From the NCBI GenBank assembly GCA_944385105.1, contig CALWVR010000027.1, positions 96,249 to 160,248 of the forward strand: a DNA stretch of 64,000 bases, in the 5' to 3' direction. Positions 1 to 9,808 of the stretch are shown here, one piece after another (positions within the stretch are counted from its first letter, which is position 1; every line of letters begins with the position of its first letter). The notes beneath the pieces were generated by a model. It made no database searches and was not told the origin of the DNA. It saw only the letters and a program-made list of their open reading frames with translations. This stretch comes from an uncultured Clostridia bacterium. Its GTDB lineage: Bacteria > Bacillota > Clostridia > Oscillospirales > Acutalibacteraceae. The translations under genes were made by a program, and so were the position numbers.

Positions 1-1
1 G

Positions 2-328
2 ATAAAAGCAGGTTCACCATTTACTCTCATAAGAAAAAGTGGAAAAATTATTAGAGTTGATAAACCGTCATTGCCAATAGGAATTTTAAAGGATGTAAAT
101 ATTTCTTTAAGCGAGGAAAAAATATCAAAGGATGATAGAATTTTAATGATATCAGATGGAGCTATATCGTCGAATGATGCCTGGATTGAAAGTGAGGTTA
201 AAAATTGGAAGGATGAAGACTCACAGTCCTTTGCCGACCGTATAGTTGAACTGGCAACTAAGAAAAGAGAAAATGACTTTGATGATGATATAACAGCAAT
301 CACAATAAAGATGATGGAATATTATTAA
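2..328 (+). CDS. spoIIE: PP2C-type phosphatase C-terminus, SpoIIE-like (5'-truncated by window edge)
   Basis: The frame is open from base 2, so the track's start at 71 is internal. The tail ...DDRILMISDGA...DDDITAITIKM resembles the C-terminal PP2C motifs of SpoIIE. Confidence 0.55.
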   Translation: MKAGSPFTLIRKSGKIIRVDKPSLPIGILKDVNISLSEEKISKDDRILMISDGAISSNDAWIESEVKNWKDEDSQSFADRIVELATKKRENDFDDDITAITIKMMEYY

Positions 329-350
329 AAAACTGATGTACTTTTATACA

Positions 351-1121
351 TCAGTTTTTTATTTTACTAAATAGATTGTAAACATTTTCAGAAGTTATAG
401 ATAAAAGTTCATTTATATCCATACCTTTAAGCTCCGCGATTTTATTAGCAGTATAACTTATCATAGAAGAGTCGCATCGCTTTCCTCTAAAGGGCACAGG
501 AGCCATGTAAGGACAATCAGTTTCCAGTAATAAATTTTTAAGAGGTACACTTTTAGCAACCATGAGAGGATGTTTTGCGTTTTTGAAGGTCACGCTGCCT
601 CCAAGCCCAATATACATATTCAGTTTAATGACTTCATTCATTATTTCCTGACTACCTGAAAAGCAATGTACAACTCCTTTAGGTCTATATTTACTTAGTA
701 GAGATAAAGTATCAGAAAACGCCTCTCTACTATGGATAATTACAGGAATATCATATTGAGTAGCAAGGGCTAATTGTTCTTCAAAGAACTTCTTTTGGAG
801 TTCACGCGGTGATTCATCGTAATGATAATCGAGTCCAATTTCACCTATAGCTACAACCTTTTTGTGTTCCAACATTTTTTTTAAACTTTCTAAATAGTCA
901 TCTTCAGTATAAATTGAATTATGAGGGTAAATGCCAACAGCTGCCCAAATAAAAGGATATTTTTCAGTAAGTTCGATGCATTCAAAAGAGGTCTTTATAT
1001 CAACTCCTACATTAATAATTCCACAAACACCGTTTTTATTCATCTTATTTAAGAGCACGTCTCTATCACAATCAAACCTCTCATCATTATAATGAGCATG
1101 CGAATCAAAAATAGCTACCAT
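351..1121 (-). CDS. tatD: TatD-family metal-dependent hydrolase (YabD-like)
   Basis: 256 aa with N-terminal DSHAH, then HSREA and LLETDCPYM motifs. It sits directly downstream of metG, as in Bacillus metS-yabD. Confidence 0.9.
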   Translation of the reverse strand: MVAIFDSHAHYNDERFDCDRDVLLNKMNKNGVCGIINVGVDIKTSFECIELTEKYPFIWAAVGIYPHNSIYTEDDYLESLKKMLEHKKVVAIGEIGLDYHYDESPRELQKKFFEEQLALATQYDIPVIIHSREAFSDTLSLLSKYRPKGVVHCFSGSQEIMNEVIKLNMYIGLGGSVTFKNAKHPLMVAKSVPLKNLLLETDCPYMAPVPFRGKRCDSSMISYTANKIAELKGMDINELLSITSENVYNLFSKIKN

Positions 1122-1132
1122 AATTGCACTTC

Positions 1133-2704
1133 CTATTTTATAATATCATTTAATTCTGCAATTTCTTTGTCTACATCGATCCTAGGAAACAGTACATCTC
1201 CTTTTTTTATTTTTATTCCACGAGGAAGTACTCCCCACTCGTTTGCGCTTTCCCAAGTACTCATTTCATGGGTTATTCCCAATTGTTCTTGTATCTTTGG
1301 AGTAGTGTTGGGCATAAATGGAGTTAAGAGAATAGAAACTATTCTTAGTGACTCACAGAGATTATAAAGTACGCATGCAAGTCTGCTACGATTTTTTTCA
1401 TCTTTACTAAGTGCCCAGGGCATAGTTTCATCTATATACTTATTACTGCGTGAGATAAATTTAAATACGCAAGCTAAAGCATTTGAAAATTTAAAGCTCT
1501 CCATACTATCTTCATAGTTTTTTCTTAGTGAGCGTGCCATATTAATTAATTCATCATCGATAGATTCACTTTGAATTTCTTGAGGCAATACACCATTAAA
1601 ATATTTTTCAACCATAGCAGTGGTCCTTGAAACCAAATTTCCAAGATCATTTGCTAAGTCAGAATTAATTCTATTTATTAATGCTTCATTTGTAAATATA
1701 CTATCAGAGCCAAATGGAATTTCACGTAGAAGAAAGTACTTAACAGCATCTACTCCGTATCTATCACATAAAGTTTGAGGATCGACTACATTACCCTTTG
1801 ATTTAGACATCTTAGTCCCGTCTCCAAAAAGTAACCAACCATGTCCATATATATGTTTTGGTAAAGGTAGCTCTAGCGCCATGAGAATAGCTGGCCATAT
1901 GATTGCGTGGAATCTAATTATTTCTTTGCCTACAAAATGTACGTCAGCAGGCCAATATTTTTTAAAGTCCTCATCATTATCAGAACCGTAACCCAGAGCT
2001 GTAATATAATTTGTTAGAGCATCGAGCCAAACATATATAACGTGATTTTTATCAAAAGGTACTTTTATTCCCCAATCGAAACTAGTGCGGGTAACACATA
2101 AGTCACTAAGTCCATTTTTTATAAAACTAATCATTTCATTGCGTCTACTTTCAGGCATCAAAAACTCTGGATTTTCTTCATAAAGATTTAATAATTTATT
2201 AGAGTATTTAGAAAGCTTGAAAAAGTAAGCTTCCTCCTTAGCCTTTTGAACCTCTCTACCGCAATCTGGGCATTTTTTATCAACCAGTTGAGTTTCTGTA
2301 AAGAAAGACTCGCATGGAGTGCAATACCATCCTTCATAAATACCTTTGTATATTTCACCCTTATCATATAAAGTCTGAAAGATTTTCTGAACAGATTTTT
2401 TATGACTCTCATCAGTAGTTCGTATGTAGCGATCATTAGAAATATCCATAATGCTCCATAAATTTCTAAACTCAGCTACTAGTTTATCAACAAACTCTTG
2501 AGGTGGCAAATTTTCCTTTTGTGCATTTGTTTGTATCTTTTGGCCATGCTCGTCAGTTCCAGTTAAAAACATAACGTCATATCCACAAAGGCGCTTATAT
2601 CTAGCCATTGCATCTGTGGCGACAGTGCAGTAACTATGCCCAAGGTGAGGATTACCTGAAGGGTAATATATGGGTGTGGTTATATAAAAAGTTTTATTAT
2701 TCAT
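1133..2704 (-). CDS. metG: Methionyl-tRNA synthetase
   Basis: Class I signatures HLGH (GNPHLGHSY) and KMSKS (TKMSKSKGN), plus a zinc knuckle CTPC...CPDCG. 523 aa. Confidence 0.95.
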   Translation of the reverse strand: MNNKTFYITTPIYYPSGNPHLGHSYCTVATDAMARYKRLCGYDVMFLTGTDEHGQKIQTNAQKENLPPQEFVDKLVAEFRNLWSIMDISNDRYIRTTDESHKKSVQKIFQTLYDKGEIYKGIYEGWYCTPCESFFTETQLVDKKCPDCGREVQKAKEEAYFFKLSKYSNKLLNLYEENPEFLMPESRRNEMISFIKNGLSDLCVTRTSFDWGIKVPFDKNHVIYVWLDALTNYITALGYGSDNDEDFKKYWPADVHFVGKEIIRFHAIIWPAILMALELPLPKHIYGHGWLLFGDGTKMSKSKGNVVDPQTLCDRYGVDAVKYFLLREIPFGSDSIFTNEALINRINSDLANDLGNLVSRTTAMVEKYFNGVLPQEIQSESIDDELINMARSLRKNYEDSMESFKFSNALACVFKFISRSNKYIDETMPWALSKDEKNRSRLACVLYNLCESLRIVSILLTPFMPNTTPKIQEQLGITHEMSTWESANEWGVLPRGIKIKKGDVLFPRIDVDKEIAELNDIIK

Positions 2705-2723
2705 TTAAAAACTCCCTTTCATT

Positions 2724-2837
2724 TTAATATAATAAAGTTAAAAAGAGTGTACCGAACATTAAGAGGGCACAAATACTAGCAACTATTTTCACAGCAAGGC
2801 CATACTCACTTTTAAATTTCTTATTTTTTTTAGACAT
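2724..2837 (-). CDS. Possible 37-aa single-pass membrane peptide (MSKKNKKFKSEYGLAVKIVASICALLMFGTLFLTLLY)
   Basis: Hand-translated; it is below the ORF-track size cut-off. It has an ATG preceded by AGAGGTG, a basic N-terminus and one hydrophobic helix. It lies between the ABC ATPase and metG on the same strand. Confidence 0.3.
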   Translation of the reverse strand: MSKKNKKFKSEYGLAVKIVASICALLMFGTLFLTLLY

Positions 2838-2920
2838 AGAAACACACCTCTACTTAGATTTAATATAACTTTAATTATAACTTACTAAGAAATCTAATTC
2901 AAGATTGATAAAATAACAAT

Positions 2921-3613
2921 TCAGTTTTTTGAATCACTTATAAGTCTACCATCGTGTATTTTTACTATTCTAGAAGCCTTGCTTGCAATTTTATCGTCGT
3001 GTGTTATTAAAATTATAGTTTTACCTAGAAGATTTAGTTCTTCTAAAACTCTTATAATGTCTTTGCTACAAGCAGAGTCGAGGTTACCTGTAGGCTCATC
3101 GGCTAAAATTATAGGTGTATCAAGTGCTATTGCCCTTGCAATAGCTACTCGCTGTTGCTGTCCACCGGATAATTCACAAGGATGATGATTTATTCTTTCT
3201 TTAAGACCGACTATCTCTAAAGCTTCAGTAGCCCGTTTTATACGTTTAGACTTATTCATTTTTCTATACATTAAAGGTAGTGCTACGTTCTCAAGCGAAC
3301 TGAGTCCGGGAATAAGATTGAAGCTTTGAAATATAAAACTAATTTGCATATTTCTGATTTTAGACAATTTATTTTCATCCATATTAAAAACAGGTGTACT
3401 ATTTAAGAAATATGTGCCAGAAGAAGGGATGTCCAGGCATCCAAGAATATTCATAAGTGTTGACTTACCAGAGCCAGACTTACCTATAATTGCCATAAAT
3501 TCGCCTTTATCTATATCAAGACTTATGTTGTCTATTGCTCTTATTAGGCTATTACCAACAGAATAAACTTTAGATATATTTTTGAGAGACATTAGTTTTG
3601 ACAAAGTTTTCAC
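2921..3613 (-). CDS. ABC transporter ATP-binding protein (MacB/LolD/FtsE-like), no adjacent permease
   Basis: Walker A GKSGSGKST, signature LSGGQQQR, Walker B ILADEPTGNLD and an H-loop ITHD. The start is uncertain: the GTG at 3613 lies inside the GAGGTG RBS, so TTG at 3604 or ATG at 3592 is more likely. Confidence 0.85.
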   Translation of the reverse strand: MKTLSKLMSLKNISKVYSVGNSLIRAIDNISLDIDKGEFMAIIGKSGSGKSTLMNILGCLDIPSSGTYFLNSTPVFNMDENKLSKIRNMQISFIFQSFNLIPGLSSLENVALPLMYRKMNKSKRIKRATEALEIVGLKERINHHPCELSGGQQQRVAIARAIALDTPIILADEPTGNLDSACSKDIIRVLEELNLLGKTIILITHDDKIASKASRIVKIHDGRLISDSKN

Positions 3614-3700
3614 CTCGCTGTTTAACTGTAATTTTAGTATGCAAAAAAAAACACCAATAATTCTATAATATAAACTAGTAAATAGAATTAATTTATAATA

Positions 3701-3730
3701 TAATTTATAGAATGATAATTTATAGAATGA
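3701..3730 (+). repeat. Perfect 15-bp tandem duplication (TAATTTATAGAATGA x2) upstream of the phosphohexomutase gene
   Basis: Read directly from the sequence. Each copy carries a TAGAAT -10-like hexamer. Confidence 0.8.
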
Positions 3731-3752
3731 TGATTAATAAGGGGTATTAAAA

Positions 3753-5261
3753 ATGGATAACAATATTATGAACTTAAAAAGCGGAACAGATATAAGGGGG
3801 ATAGCAATTGATTCAGTAGAAGGAGAAGAAGTAAATTTAACTAATGAAGTGATAGAGAAGATAGCTTATGGATTTGCTATGTGGCTGGTTGAAAAAAAGG
3901 AAAAGCTTGTTAAAGAGCTATCTATAGCTATTGGCCATGACTCAAGACTATCCGCAGATAGAATAAAGGGAGTCTTAATTAAAACTCTTGCAAGAATAGG
4001 GGTAAAGATTGTTGATTGTTCATTGTCATCAACACCAGCTATGTTTATGACTACCATTGATTTAAATTGTGATGCAGCTATAGAAATTACAGCTAGTCAT
4101 CATCCCTTTAATAGAAATGGTTTAAAGTTTTTTACAAAGGAAGGAGGACTTAATGGAAAAGATATAGAAAAAATATTAGAAAATACTATGAATATAGCTA
4201 ATTTTCAAAAAGTAGAAAAATTGGATATTAAAAGTGAAAATTATATGAAGAAATATGCTCAGACTTTAAGGGAAATGGTTTGTAGGGAAGTAAATTCTAA
4301 AAATTATAAAAAACCTCTAGAAGGCTTTAAAATTATAGTTGATGCAGGTAATGGAGCGGGAGGATTTTATGCATATGATGTATTAGAGCCTCTGGGAGCT
4401 GATATCACAGGGAGCCAGTTTTTAGAGCCGGATGGGCACTTTAAAAACCATATCCCAAATCCAGAAGATGAAATAGCCATGAAAAGTATAGTGGACGCAA
4501 CATTAAAATATAATGCTGATCTTGGAGTTATATTTGATACGGATGTTGATAGGGCAGGAGCCGTTAATTCAGATGGAGAAGAAATTAATAGAAATAGTTT
4601 GATAGCAATAGCTTCAAATATAGTTCTTGAAAAAAATAAGGGTGCGACCATTGTGACAGATTCTATAACGTCTGATGGACTTAGTGAATATATAGAAAAA
4701 GAACTAGGTGGAGTACATGATAGATTTAAACGAGGATATAACAATGTTATAAGCGAGGCAAAAAGGTTGAATGCTCTGGGAATAAATGCACCTCTTGCTA
4801 TCGAGACGTCAGGGCATGCTGCGATGAGAGAAAATTATTTTTTAGATGATGGTGCATATCTTATTACTAAGATAATAATAAAAATGGTAAAATTGAAAAA
4901 TGAAGGTAAAGACTTTTCACATATATTAAATAAACTAAAAAAACCTAAGGAAAATTTTGAGTATAGATTTAAAATTAAAGAGGATAATTTTAGAGAATAT
5001 GGAAAAAATATAATAAATGAACTAGAAAATTTTTCTAAATCAAGAAAAGATTTTAAAATTGCTCCTAATAATAAAGAAGGAATTAGAGTATCGTTTGACA
5101 AAAATAACGGAGATGGTTGGTTTCTTCTAAGGCTTAGTGTTCACGATCCTGTAATGGCGCTTAACGTTGAAAGTAATCAATTAGGAGGATGCGAGGTTAT
5201 TTTGGAAAAGATAAAAGGTTTTTTGCAGAGATACAAGGGATTAATACTTAATTTTGACTAA
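3753..5261 (+). CDS. Alpha-D-phosphohexomutase (phosphomannomutase/phosphoglucomutase family)
   Basis: Active-site loop TASHHP, Mg-binding loop DTDVDR and sugar-binding ETSGH. 502 aa. Confidence 0.9.
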   Translation: MDNNIMNLKSGTDIRGIAIDSVEGEEVNLTNEVIEKIAYGFAMWLVEKKEKLVKELSIAIGHDSRLSADRIKGVLIKTLARIGVKIVDCSLSSTPAMFMTTIDLNCDAAIEITASHHPFNRNGLKFFTKEGGLNGKDIEKILENTMNIANFQKVEKLDIKSENYMKKYAQTLREMVCREVNSKNYKKPLEGFKIIVDAGNGAGGFYAYDVLEPLGADITGSQFLEPDGHFKNHIPNPEDEIAMKSIVDATLKYNADLGVIFDTDVDRAGAVNSDGEEINRNSLIAIASNIVLEKNKGATIVTDSITSDGLSEYIEKELGGVHDRFKRGYNNVISEAKRLNALGINAPLAIETSGHAAMRENYFLDDGAYLITKIIIKMVKLKNEGKDFSHILNKLKKPKENFEYRFKIKEDNFREYGKNIINELENFSKSRKDFKIAPNNKEGIRVSFDKNNGDGWFLLRLSVHDPVMALNVESNQLGGCEVILEKIKGFLQRYKGLILNFD

Positions 5262-5270
5262 TATAATATT

Positions 5271-5310
5271 GTCTCAAAGTGACTTAATTGTGCTTTGAGA
5301 CATTTTTTAT
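5271..5310 (+). terminator. Rho-independent terminator
   Basis: Hairpin GTCTCAAAG...CTTTGAGAC followed by a T-run, right after the stop at 5261. Confidence 0.8.
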
Positions 5311-5351
5311 TCAAAAATACGCAAAAAAAATAAGAATAAAAAATTTTTTTA

Positions 5352-5380
5352 TTGACAATCATAAAATATAATGTTACAAT
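5352..5380 (+). promoter_or_regulatory. SigmaA-type promoter of the Nif11-peptide export locus
   Basis: TTGACA (5352-5357), a 17-nt spacer, then TACAAT (5375-5380). A leader of about 130 nt with two hairpins follows. Confidence 0.6.
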
Positions 5381-5513
5381 ATGATATAAATAAAATATTG
5401 CTTACAAAATTTTTAGGCAATATTTATTATGAGGGGGTGAGCAAATTTTTAGATTAAGTACAGCTTTCTGCTTAAGGCTGTATTATGTATTAAAAATTTA
5501 AATTAGCAGAGAA

Positions 5514-6662
5514 ATGGAGAGGAAGATGAAAAGATTAATAGCTTTAATATTAATGATGACATTCTGTGCAGCTTTTCTTGCAGGCTGCAGTAATTCAGAA
5601 AGTACAGTTTGGAATCCCCTGTCTAATGGAGGGACGCTTAATATCGCTATTTTAGGGTCAGATGAGGAATTTGAAACAAGAACAGACTTTATGGCTGGAG
5701 TTGACCTAGCTATAGAAGACTTAGCAAATAAAGGCGTAAAAGTATCTTATACTAAGTTTAGCGATGCAGAAAATTATGACCAAGCAGTAACCAATGCTAA
5801 GAACGTTATAAATGATGAGCAGTATATATTAGCTATAACCTTACAGTCTGAAGAAGTTGTAGATACAATTTCTAAATTATTTAATGATGCGAACAAGCCC
5901 CTTATAGTGGCAAATACTTGTGAAGAAAATAATAAAAGCCAAGATTATAAATATGTTTTAAATGGTCTTATTACAGGTGAACAAGCAGGAGAGGCTTTAG
6001 GAAATTATGCTATTAGCAATAATTTTAACAGTTTGGCAGCTATACACTCAGCATCAGAACGTAATGTTGCAATAGTAGAGGGAATTGAGAATTCAGTTTC
6101 TAAAAATGCAAATACACTGTTAGTAGATGCGTTTCTACCCGAGGGAGACAAGGCATTTTTAGATGTAATAGAAAGATGGCAAATATTAGGAATTGACGCA
6201 ATTGTAGTAGCGCTTGAAGATATAGATTTAGCAAGTAATTTTATAAAACTTTTAAAGGAAAGAGCTCCTGAAATTTTGGTAATGGGAGATTACACTTTTA
6301 ATAACCAAAAATATCTTGATAGTTATGGATCATATTTAGAAGGAATGATATTATCAGCATCATATCCAGTGGATTCAAATGAAAAATTAGAACAATTTTA
6401 TGCTCAATATGAACCTAAAATTACTTATGTGGATATCACTAGTATAACGGCTCAAGCTTATGATTTTGTGAATATGATAGTTGAAAAATTAGATGGAACA
6501 TCAAATTCAGAAGAATTTATAAATAATATGAAATCTTCAGAAGGATATGAAGGAATAACAGGAGTTAGATTTGATGAAAATGGAAATTTAAATAAAGAAT
6601 CTGATTATTGGATTATTAAAGATAGTAAAGTTTATAGGTTAGATAACAATAATATTGCATAA
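5514..6662 (+). CDS. Lipoprotein with type-1 periplasmic-binding-protein fold (Leu/Ile/Val-binding-like)
   Basis: Signal peptide with lipobox LAGC. The alternating beta-alpha pattern is typical of PBP1/ABC substrate-binding proteins. The true start may be the ATG at 5526 (MKRLIAL). Confidence 0.6.
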   Translation: MERKMKRLIALILMMTFCAAFLAGCSNSESTVWNPLSNGGTLNIAILGSDEEFETRTDFMAGVDLAIEDLANKGVKVSYTKFSDAENYDQAVTNAKNVINDEQYILAITLQSEEVVDTISKLFNDANKPLIVANTCEENNKSQDYKYVLNGLITGEQAGEALGNYAISNNFNSLAAIHSASERNVAIVEGIENSVSKNANTLLVDAFLPEGDKAFLDVIERWQILGIDAIVVALEDIDLASNFIKLLKERAPEILVMGDYTFNNQKYLDSYGSYLEGMILSASYPVDSNEKLEQFYAQYEPKITYVDITSITAQAYDFVNMIVEKLDGTSNSEEFINNMKSSEGYEGITGVRFDENGNLNKESDYWIIKDSKVYRLDNNNIA

Positions 6663-6698
6663 TATTGATATAAATTAAATTGAAGGGAGATCGGGAGA

Positions 6699-7583
6699 AT
6701 GGCTGGAAATAAAATATTTAGGGATAAAGCTCTTGACACTGTCTCGAACCCAGAACAGCTGGACCAACATATAAGGATTACAAAACCATATGTATGGGTT
6801 ATTATGGTTGGTATAATAAGCTTAATTATTGGTGTAGGTGTATGGGCTTGTACAGGTGACGTGTCAACTGGAATTGATATAAATGGAGTTATATTCCCTG
6901 CACAAGGTGTAGCTATTACTGGTGCGTCACATGATGGCAGGGTAACGGATGTATTAGTAAAAGAAGGACAATCAGTGGAAAAGGGAGACATATTGTTGGT
7001 AGTTCCAGATGAAAATATACTTGCTCAAATTCAAGGGAAGCAAAATGCAACAAGCCAGGAACTTCAACTTCTTAAAAATCAATATGCTTTTAATTCATTT
7101 GTAAGAGCAGATAGGTCAGGTACAATTGATAGCATCGCGTCGATCGGTGACGAAGTTACTACTGGTGATACTTTATCTACCAATGTTCCTAATGATGCTA
7201 CTTCAAATTCAAGAGAGATACTAGCATATGTTCCATATACAGTTGCAAAAAGCATAAATGTTGGTGATAATGCAGAAGTTTCATTAAGCAATGCTCCAAG
7301 AGAAGAGTATGGCTATATGATAGGTACAGTAACTAGCGTTGGAACATCAGTTATTACTGAAGAGAGCATAATGAAAACTATGGGTACTATGAAATATGTA
7401 AGTTCATTAAATCTTTCTTCAGACTGCGTTGAAGTTAGAATAAGAATTAATGCTGATAGTTCAAGTGTCAGTGGATATGAATGGTCTAACGATAAAGGAA
7501 AGCAAATGAAGGTAGAGATTGGAGAGATATGCAATGTTAAAATTGTAGGGGCACCTGTAAGACCTATAGACTTGCTTTTCTAA
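6699..7583 (+). CDS. HlyD-family membrane-fusion/secretion adaptor (NHLP/Nif11 bacteriocin-system type)
   Basis: N-terminal cytoplasmic stretch ending NPEQLD, one TM helix (VWVIMVGIISLIIGVGVWA), then barrel-sandwich-like segments. It lies immediately upstream of two ABC exporters. Confidence 0.75.
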   Translation: MAGNKIFRDKALDTVSNPEQLDQHIRITKPYVWVIMVGIISLIIGVGVWACTGDVSTGIDINGVIFPAQGVAITGASHDGRVTDVLVKEGQSVEKGDILLVVPDENILAQIQGKQNATSQELQLLKNQYAFNSFVRADRSGTIDSIASIGDEVTTGDTLSTNVPNDATSNSREILAYVPYTVAKSINVGDNAEVSLSNAPREEYGYMIGTVTSVGTSVITEESIMKTMGTMKYVSSLNLSSDCVEVRIRINADSSSVSGYEWSNDKGKQMKVEIGEICNVKIVGAPVRPIDLLF

Positions 7584-7618
7584 CTAATTAGAACGGTTTA
7601 CCAATAAATGGAGAAAGG

Positions 7619-9796
7619 ATGGCTTTTATGGGAGAAAAAATAAAAAATGTGCCGGTAATTCTCCAGATGGAGGCGCTAGAATGTGGTGCAGCTTCTCTTG
7701 CTATGATACTTGCAAACTTTGGTAAATATGTTCCACTTGAAAGATTGCGTATAGAATGTGGTGTTTCAAGGGATGGTTGTAATGCAAAAAATATTTTAGC
7801 AGCAGCCAGGCATAATGGACTTAAAGCAAAGGGATTTTCTTATAAAAATATAAATACATTAAAAGAGAGAGTAACACTTCCTGCGATAATTCACTGGAAT
7901 TTTAACCACTTTTTAGTATTACGTGGTTTTAAAGGAGAAAAGGCTTATTTAGCCGATCCGGCTTCAGGAAATAGAACAGTAAGCTTAGAAGAATTTGAAA
8001 AGTCATTTACAGGTATTGTTATGACTTTTGAACCTACAGAAGAGTTCGTAGCAGACGGACAAAAGAAAAGCGTTATTAGCTTCTTGCTAAATAGAATGAA
8101 AGGTGCATATATTCCGCTAGCTTTCGTATTACTAGCGAGTCTATTGTTAGCTTTCAGTTCTTCAATTACATCAATATTCTATCAGATATTTACGGATAGT
8201 ATACTGGTTGGTACAAATAGAGATTTTATGACACCATTATTATATGCGATGGGAGCAACTCTTGTAATCACATTTATTTTGTATTCGATGAAGTCAATAT
8301 ATCTTTTAAAGATACAAGGAAAAATGAGTGCAACTTCGGGATCAAAATTTATGTGGCATGTTTTAAGAATGCCTGTAGAGTTTTTCTCACAGCGACTAGT
8401 TGGTGACATTAGTTCAAGACAAAATAGTAACGATACTGTTTCAGAAATAATATGTAAGAAAGTAGCACCAATAGCACTTAATGTGGTTATGATATTTGTT
8501 TATTTAGCTATTTTGCTATTCTATGATTGGGCAATGACGCTTATAGGCGTAGTAGTAGCTATTATAAATGTTATTGTTATAAAACTTATTTCTAAACAGA
8601 ATGAGAATGACAACAAAGCACTCTCAAGAGATGGAGGTAAATTACAAGGAACCATTGCTGCGGGTGTAAGTATGATAGAAACAATAAAGTCAAGTGGGTG
8701 TGAAGCAGGATATTTCCAAAAAATAATAGGTTATCAAACTAAGTATAATAACTCACTTGAAAGGATAAGAGAGAGAAATGCATATGTAAACCAAATACCG
8801 TCTTTATTACAAAGTCTTGCAAATGCCGCAATATTATTTATAGGAGTTTACAATATATTAAAGGGTAACTTTACTATTGGTACATTGCAGGCTTTCCAAG
8901 GATTTATGTCGTCATTTTTGACACCTGTAAATGACTTGGTAGGTATAGGACAACAGATACAATCATCTAGTGGTGATATAGAGAAAATAGAGGATGTTTT
9001 AAATTATAAACCTGATGTTTATATAGACTTCTCAGAGACTAGTAAACCAGATTTTAATGAAAAAGTATATAAAAAGCTAGATGGTAACGTAGAGATACAA
9101 AACCTTTCATTCTCATATAGTCCTCTTGCTGAGAATTTAATTGAAGACTTTAGTCTATCTGTTAGTAAGGGACAAATGGTTGCATTAGTAGGAGGAAGTG
9201 GAAGCGGAAAATCTACTATAGCAAAACTTATAGCAGGTTTATATGAACCTACTAAGGGGAAGATTTTGTTTGACGGAAAAGAAATGAAAGACATAGATAG
9301 AAATGTATTTAGAAGCTCATTAGCCATGGTAAACCAAGAAATAACAATGTTCCAAGATACGATAAGAAATAACATTACAATGTGGGACGAGACTATAGGA
9401 GATGAAACACTTAAATTGGCTTGCCAGGACGCATGCATACATGAGGATATACTTCTAAGAGAACAAGGCTATGACTATGAATTGATAGAAAATGGTAAAG
9501 ACTTTTCAGGAGGACAACGTCAAAGATTTGAAATAGCAAGGTCATTTGTTATGGAGCCTACGATAATGTTATTAGATGAAGCAACGAGTGCCCTTGATCC
9601 AACAACAGAAAAGAAAGTTATGGATGCTGTAAAACGTAGGGGAATAACATGCTTTGTTGTTGCACATAGACTGTCTACTATTAGAGATGCAGATGAAATT
9701 ATAATGCTTGAAAAGGGAAAAGTAGTAGAAAGAGGAACTCATGAGCAATTAATTGAGTTAAACGGAAAATATGCAAACTTAGTAAAGAGTGAATAG
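7619..9796 (+). CDS. ABC exporter with N-terminal C39 double-glycine peptidase domain (peptidase/permease/ATPase)
   Basis: C39 catalytic Cys context QMEALECGAASLAMIL and His context IIHWNFNHFLVL. It has 6 TM segments, Walker A GGSGSGKST, signature FSGGQRQR and Walker B MLLDEATSALD. Confidence 0.92.
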   Translation: MAFMGEKIKNVPVILQMEALECGAASLAMILANFGKYVPLERLRIECGVSRDGCNAKNILAAARHNGLKAKGFSYKNINTLKERVTLPAIIHWNFNHFLVLRGFKGEKAYLADPASGNRTVSLEEFEKSFTGIVMTFEPTEEFVADGQKKSVISFLLNRMKGAYIPLAFVLLASLLLAFSSSITSIFYQIFTDSILVGTNRDFMTPLLYAMGATLVITFILYSMKSIYLLKIQGKMSATSGSKFMWHVLRMPVEFFSQRLVGDISSRQNSNDTVSEIICKKVAPIALNVVMIFVYLAILLFYDWAMTLIGVVVAIINVIVIKLISKQNENDNKALSRDGGKLQGTIAAGVSMIETIKSSGCEAGYFQKIIGYQTKYNNSLERIRERNAYVNQIPSLLQSLANAAILFIGVYNILKGNFTIGTLQAFQGFMSSFLTPVNDLVGIGQQIQSSSGDIEKIEDVLNYKPDVYIDFSETSKPDFNEKVYKKLDGNVEIQNLSFSYSPLAENLIEDFSLSVSKGQMVALVGGSGSGKSTIAKLIAGLYEPTKGKILFDGKEMKDIDRNVFRSSLAMVNQEITMFQDTIRNNITMWDETIGDETLKLACQDACIHEDILLREQGYDYELIENGKDFSGGQRQRFEIARSFVMEPTIMLLDEATSALDPTTEKKVMDAVKRRGITCFVVAHRLSTIRDADEIIMLEKGKVVERGTHEQLIELNGKYANLVKSE

Positions 9797-9808
9797 GGAG
9801 GTGAAATT

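Noticed and set aside
2705-2920. Possible T-box or other leader upstream of metG
   Set aside because: I found no specifier-loop or T-box consensus (AGGGTGGNACCGCG-like) and no terminator/antiterminator pair. The interval is mostly taken up by the candidate mini-ORF.
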